From Leptonemataceae bacterium (lineage in GTDB: Bacteria > Spirochaetota > Leptospiria > Leptospirales > Leptonemataceae): DNA of 64,000 nucleotides. The stretch spans positions 5,088,001 to 5,152,000 of the forward strand of contig OZ245742.1 in NCBI GenBank assembly GCA_965227295.1. Direction: 5' to 3'. Below the pieces are notes generated by a model. It saw only the letters and a list, made by a program, of their open reading frames with translations, was not told the DNA's origin and did no database searches. The translations under genes were made by a program, and so were the position numbers. Of this stretch, positions 59,705-64,000 are shown piece by piece; within the stretch, counting starts at the first letter, position 1, and each line of letters starts with the position of its first letter.

Positions 59705-60320
59705 CAGGCTGCTGAAAAAGTCATGCGAAAGCGGAATCTGTGAAATTCATTTGGGCGTTGCGCCCGGCCGGGCCGCGCACAAGTCGCGGTCGTAGCGACT
59801 TGTGAACTCGACGACGCGCAAGGCGCGTCGCTCAATTCCGCCGGCCGGGCGCCGGGCTACTCCGGGCTCCGCTTCGCTTCGGTCCTCCGTGCTTCGCACT
59901 CCGGACTGCCGCTGCGCGGCACCCTGCGCATCCCTAACGCTTGTATTTCGCAAGTTAGCATTGGCGATCATGCTGCGGCCTCCTGTAGGTTTCTGATTCG
60001 TAGCAAGTTGTAGACGGCAACAGCGAAGCGGAAAATCCACCCGACACGATCCGGGCCGCGAAAACGCATCTTCCTGCACAATCCGATCGACTTCAGCCAG
60101 CCGAAGATTTCTTCGACGGCTTTGCGACGACGTTGACTTACGGCATAGGCAGGACTGCGAGCGGTGCGGTGATCGACGGCGCTGGAGCGGCTCTTCTGTG
60201 CGATCTGCGCGGCACAATCCGGATTGCCTTACGTTCTTCTACGTAAGTTTTAGCATCGTAGCATTTGTCGGCGCCCAGAGTGATGCGGCGGCGATCGTTG
60301 CTTCGGCGGAGTTCCTTCAT
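59705..60320 (-). mobile_element. IS5-family remnant (frameshifted transposase C-terminus and one end)
   Basis: TLGADKCYD, then in another frame YAVSQRRRKAVEEIFGWLKSIG...RFRGPDRVGWIF...YNLLRIRNL with stop at 59968; candidate end caggctgctgaaaaag at 59705. Confidence 0.8.
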
Positions 60321-60322
60321 GG

Positions 60323-60949
60323 ATGCCGGACTTACAGAACGAAGCCAAATGGTTACATTTGTTTACGAACCCACGGCGCTTCTTTCGACATCTCGAAAAA
60401 TTCCGGAAGCAGAGTGCCATGATATTGCTGGCGATTCTGTTGGTGGGAATGGGCGAAAGCCTCGATCGCATGTCCGATGCGAAAGCCGATGATTTTCCAT
60501 TTCCCGAAATGATCGACAATTGGGCCTACTTCTGGTTGGGAATCGGCGGCATGGGTCTCTTGAACGGTGCGGTGGATTGGCTTATCGGCGGCTGGTTTTT
60601 TCATATGCGCGTGCGTTGGTCCGGTGACCTGCATCGCGATAAAACCGAGGCGCGGCTGATCTACATCTTCACGTCGATGATCATCGCACTACCGACTCTG
60701 GCCATCGGTTTGGTCGAGACCCTCGTGTTCGAAAGCCATCGCGAGACGCGGACAATGGATAAGCTTGTGTGGTGGATGCCCATGTGGGGGCTGGTACTGG
60801 TCTCAATGTTTTACTCGATCTATGCAAGCTACCAGGGGGTGCTGGTTCGCTTTCAGGTGGATCCCGAACAGGCCCGACGCTGGTTTCTCATCTTACCCGG
60901 CATGTTATATGGGCTCTCGTTACTGTTGATCCTGTCCGTTATTTTTTAA
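60323..60949 (+). CDS. Yip1-like membrane protein, copy 1
   Basis: Paralog of the next gene (LHLFTNPRRFFRHL, GAVDWLIGG, RDKTEARLIYIFTS, WFLILPG). Confidence 0.7.
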   Translation: MPDLQNEAKWLHLFTNPRRFFRHLEKFRKQSAMILLAILLVGMGESLDRMSDAKADDFPFPEMIDNWAYFWLGIGGMGLLNGAVDWLIGGWFFHMRVRWSGDLHRDKTEARLIYIFTSMIIALPTLAIGLVETLVFESHRETRTMDKLVWWMPMWGLVLVSMFYSIYASYQGVLVRFQVDPEQARRWFLILPGMLYGLSLLLILSVIF

Positions 60950-61006
60950 CTAAAACTCGACTGCCGGAACTGCTTGCAACTTGACCCCGCGCATTTAATC
61001 AAGCGC

Positions 61007-61708
61007 ATGCCCGAAGAACCACAGTCGCCCAATCCCTACGCTGCGCCGGAAGTGCCGACGCATGTCGCCGTGAACGAGGAGAATTATCCGGACGCGGAGT
61101 GGATGCATCTCATCACCAACCCGCGGCGATTCTTTCAGCATCTCAAGAAGTTTCGGCATCAGAACGGTGTCGTCCTGGTCTTCATCTGGGTCGTGGGCAT
61201 GGCCGGTGTCATCGATCGGCTTTCGGCTCAGACCGCCCGGGGGCGCAGCTTCGATTTTATGATGGATGATTGGGGCGCGTTCTGGTTGGCCGTGAGCGTC
61301 GGCGGTATCGTCGCCGGCGCGGTGGACTGGCTCATCGGCGGGTTCTTGTTTCACATTCGCGTCTCCTGGGCCGGCGATCCGCAGCGCGACAAAACCGACG
61401 CGCGTCTTATTTACATCTTCACCTCGGCGTTGATCGCCGTGCCGACGCTTGCGCTGACCGCCCTGGAAACGGCGACCTATGCAAGCTATCGCGAGTCCTT
61501 CGACTTCGAAGACATCGATGCGATGTATTTGTTGTACCTGTTCGTCTTCGCCGGTATGTTCTATTCACTTTATGTTAGCTACAAGGGTGTGATGGAACGA
61601 TTTCAGGTGAATCCGCGCCTCACGGCGTTGTGGTTTCTGATTCTACCGGGCCTGCTGTACGGAGGTGTGGCCGTTGCCACATTCGCCGTGGCCCTGACGA
61701 TGATGTAA
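61007..61708 (+). CDS. Yip1-like membrane protein, copy 2
   Basis: NPYAAP N-terminus; same motifs as copy 1; start placed at MPEEPQ. Confidence 0.75.
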   Translation: MPEEPQSPNPYAAPEVPTHVAVNEENYPDAEWMHLITNPRRFFQHLKKFRHQNGVVLVFIWVVGMAGVIDRLSAQTARGRSFDFMMDDWGAFWLAVSVGGIVAGAVDWLIGGFLFHIRVSWAGDPQRDKTDARLIYIFTSALIAVPTLALTALETATYASYRESFDFEDIDAMYLLYLFVFAGMFYSLYVSYKGVMERFQVNPRLTALWFLILPGLLYGGVAVATFAVALTMM

Positions 61709-62445
61709 GCGACAGGGCGAACACGGAACCGAGACGAAGACGCCGTTCCGGTGCGCGCCCCACATATCCCCGGCATGACCTCCGACCGTAAGCTGGAACC
61801 AGCTGTACCCACAAAAGTGTTAATCCAAACTGGCCTTAACTTACATCACGATCCGGGGCGTGCTCGAACGAATAAAGATTTCCGGTAGTTCAAGAGCTGT
61901 GGTTCGCGGCGTTTGCCGGGATGAAAATGAAGTAAGTCGCAGTATAGTGAAGGGGATCTTCTGGCTACGGCTGAGCGGGAGTTGTGGTGATTCGTTTTGT
62001 TAAGATTGTCCGCCTCGACCCGGACGTCGATTTGTAACTCAGCTACCGTAGTGTTTCTTGCGAAGAAGACGCCGTTCCGGTGCGCCTTACCACATTCCCC
62101 GGCATGACCTCCGCTCGTTAGCTGGAACCAGCCGTACCCATAAAAGTGTAAATCCAAACTGGCCGCAACGTACACCACGATTCGGGGCGTGTTCGAATGC
62201 ATAAAAAGTTCCCGGTAGTCCAGGAGCTTTGGTTCGCGGCGTTTGCCGTAAGACACAGCAGGTAAGTTGCGCAATGGTTAAGGGTTTGATTTGGCTACGG
62301 CTCGCAGGAGTTGTGGACTTTCGTTTTGTTAAGAATGCTGCATTCGACCCGGACGTTGGTTTGCGACTGCTTTACCGCAGCGTTTCTTCCGACGAAGACG
62401 CCGTTCCAGTGCGCGCCCCACATATCCCCGGCATGACCTCCGTGG

Positions 62446-62487
62446 GTGGGGAACAACTGCCGCGGCCACGACAAGCGTGGCCTTGCC
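62446..62487. repeat. REP-like hairpin inserted in a repeat unit
   Basis: gtggggaacaactgccgc-ggccacg-acaag-cgtggcc-ttgcc; absent from the equivalent position in other units. Confidence 0.75.
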
Positions 62488-62711
62488 CCTGGAACCAGCC
62501 GTACCCATAAGAGGATTAATTTACGTTGGCCGCCACTTACACCACGATTCGGGGCGTGTGCGAATTACCCGAGCGTTTCCGGTAGTTCAAGAGCTGTGGT
62601 TCGCGGCGTTTGCCGTGAGACACACAAGGTAAATTGCTCAATGGTGAGGGGCTTGATTCGGCTACGGCTCGCAGGAGTTGTGGATTTTCGTTTTGCAAAG
62701 ACAGTCCGCCA

Positions 62712-62754
62712 GTGGGGAACCAACTGCCGCGGCCCCAACAAGCGGGGCCTTGCC
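62712..62754. repeat. REP-like hairpin, second copy
   Basis: gtggggaaccaactgccgc-ggcccc-aacaagc-ggggcc-ttgcc, at a different position of the unit. Confidence 0.75.
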
Positions 62755-62881
62755 GACACCGGACGTTGGTCTGTGACTCTGCTATCATAGCGTTTCCCGC
62801 AGCGAGTTTGCGGCTCACAACTGAGTCCGAACGGCCCAACATCGGCGTTGACAGTTTTGCAGATCCGAGCAGAAATTTACC

Positions 62882-63684
62882 ATGCGCCTGAAAGTGGAAC
62901 CGATTGAGATCGATCCAAACGATCCGTTCGAAAAGGACGCTCTGGAACGCAAGAAAAGCGCCGAAATTCTTACCACCTTTGTTCAATCTCTCGATACCAG
63001 CGCCGTACTTGCGATCGACTCGCCGATAGTTAGTGAAGCGCCTGGTGCCGGCCGCGATTAAAGTTGGATCCGCAGGCATCATTGATCTAAATGACAGGGA
63101 TCTTGAAAAGGTGCTGGAAAAAGCCGTCGGTGAAATGGGAGCTGCTTACGCAGAAGAACTCTTCAAAAATTATGAGGAGTCAAAGAAGGCGTTTACACAA
63201 TTCAGGGAATCCCTGGCGAAGTTCGTTCAGGAATTGCAGGGAGATGCCAGGAATGCGGCCCCCTCGTATTCTTCATCGATGAACTGGATCGCTGTCGGCC
63301 GAACTATGCCGCGATTCATCGATTTTGAGTACAGGTTGCATCCGGGGAATCGCATGAACTTCATGACGTTTCTCATGGCACGATACGACCTCGATCGCTA
63401 CATCGGTGAAGACCGAGCCGAAGTTCATACGGGATGCCGTGCAAGGACTCGGTCTCCGATCCAACCTCTGGACGAAAGCAGCCCGTCCGGTATTCGAGCC
63501 CGCCGAACGAAAAGAACTGATCGCTCAACTGTACAAAACCATTGAGTTCGCCGCCCGCTTCACGGACAACAGGAGCACACAGCAGGCCACGGAGAACGAT
63601 TCCACTTTTGAATCACCGTACGCCGGTTATGGCCGCCCCGCCTGGCCGGGTGATATTCCGCCGCAAGACGGCGGTTTACTCTAA
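62882..63684 (+). pseudogene. KAP-family P-loop NTPase pseudogene with internal deletions
   Basis: MRLKVEPIEIDPNDPFEKDALER...VLAIDSP (Walker A missing), out-of-frame PLVFFIDELDRCRPNYA (Walker B), then RFIDFEYRL. Confidence 0.8.
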
Positions 63685-63729
63685 AAAAACTCTGGGCCTT
63701 CTGCGCCTCCGTATTAGAAAGAGTACGCC

Positions 63730-64000
63730 ATGAAATTCGCGAAGTACATCGTCGGCACCCTCCTCGTCATCACCATCGTCCTCACGCTGCTGTACATCCT
63801 GCTCCCCTTCGGTCCACGCGATCCCATGAAGTACGACGATCCCGCGCAAAAGAGCCGGCCGCTCGCCGAGGGCACGGAGTACATGGTCGTCACCGGCATG
63901 CCTTACGCCACGCGCGCGGCAACGGAGGTTCTGGAAAACGGCGGCAACGCCTTCGATGCGGCGGTGGCCGGTTTACTCATGCTGAACGTCGTCTCGGGCG
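63730..64000 (+). CDS. ggt: Gamma-glutamyltransferase family protein (5' part)
   Basis: Manual translation MKFAKYIVGTLLV...MVVTGMPYATRAATEVLENGGNAFDAAVAGLLMLNVV; runs off the window. Confidence 0.85.
   Translation, partial: MKFAKYIVGTLLVITIVLTLLYILLPFGPRDPMKYDDPAQKSRPLAEGTEYMVVTGMPYATRAATEVLENGGNAFDAAVAGLLMLNVVSG

Larger units (their letters stand above)
61733..62797. repeat. ~330-bp non-coding tandem repeat, array 2 (partial + 2 full + partial units)
   Basis: Same blocks as array 1 (gaagacgccgttcc, ctggaaccagccgtaccca, ccggtagttcaagagctgtggttcg); units start near 61852, 62182 and 62549. Confidence 0.95.

Noticed and set aside
54671..62797. 330-bp repeats as CRISPR, or their short ORFs (55048, 55130, 61846, 62229, 62446, 62537) as genes
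   Set aside because: Unit far too long and no unique spacers; reading frames differ between copies, with stops and 1-bp shifts.
1..64000. rRNA or tRNA genes
   Set aside because: None recognised by eye; tRNAscan and Rfam were not run.

Overview
GC-rich bacterial DNA, most likely from a Leptospiraceae-type spirochaete. That placement is inferred from three TIGR04388-like giant proteins, a DUF1577-like protein, a 7TM-DISM/AraC regulator and a Leptospira-style heme locus. The first ~39 kb is a mostly minus-strand cluster with three paralogous giant signal-peptide proteins. One (1..5699) is missing from the ORF track because it runs off the window edge; the others are 9948..17828 and 31621..38799. 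Each has conserved coiled-coil arms around a hypervariable insert, then a Gly-rich beta-repeat stalk, a Hint domain and a variable C-terminus. The two complete C-termini look like related minimal protein-kinase-like domains. Each is followed closely by a ~210-aa putative immunity gene and a MORN-repeat gene. An MFP plus two RND genes, one lacking proton-relay residues, sit inside the cluster. This reads as a polymorphic toxin system. The rest holds a porin-like gene with a sigma54-like promoter, DUF1577, pyrE/lnt, a decayed restriction-modification pair, a CCC-type transporter, a TolB-like protein and a heme uptake/degradation locus with three Fur-like boxes. It also has two arrays of a ~330-bp non-coding tandem repeat (one with REP-like inserts), an IS5 remnant, a KAP NTPase pseudogene and the start of ggt. 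All family calls come from motif recognition by eye; no searches were run.
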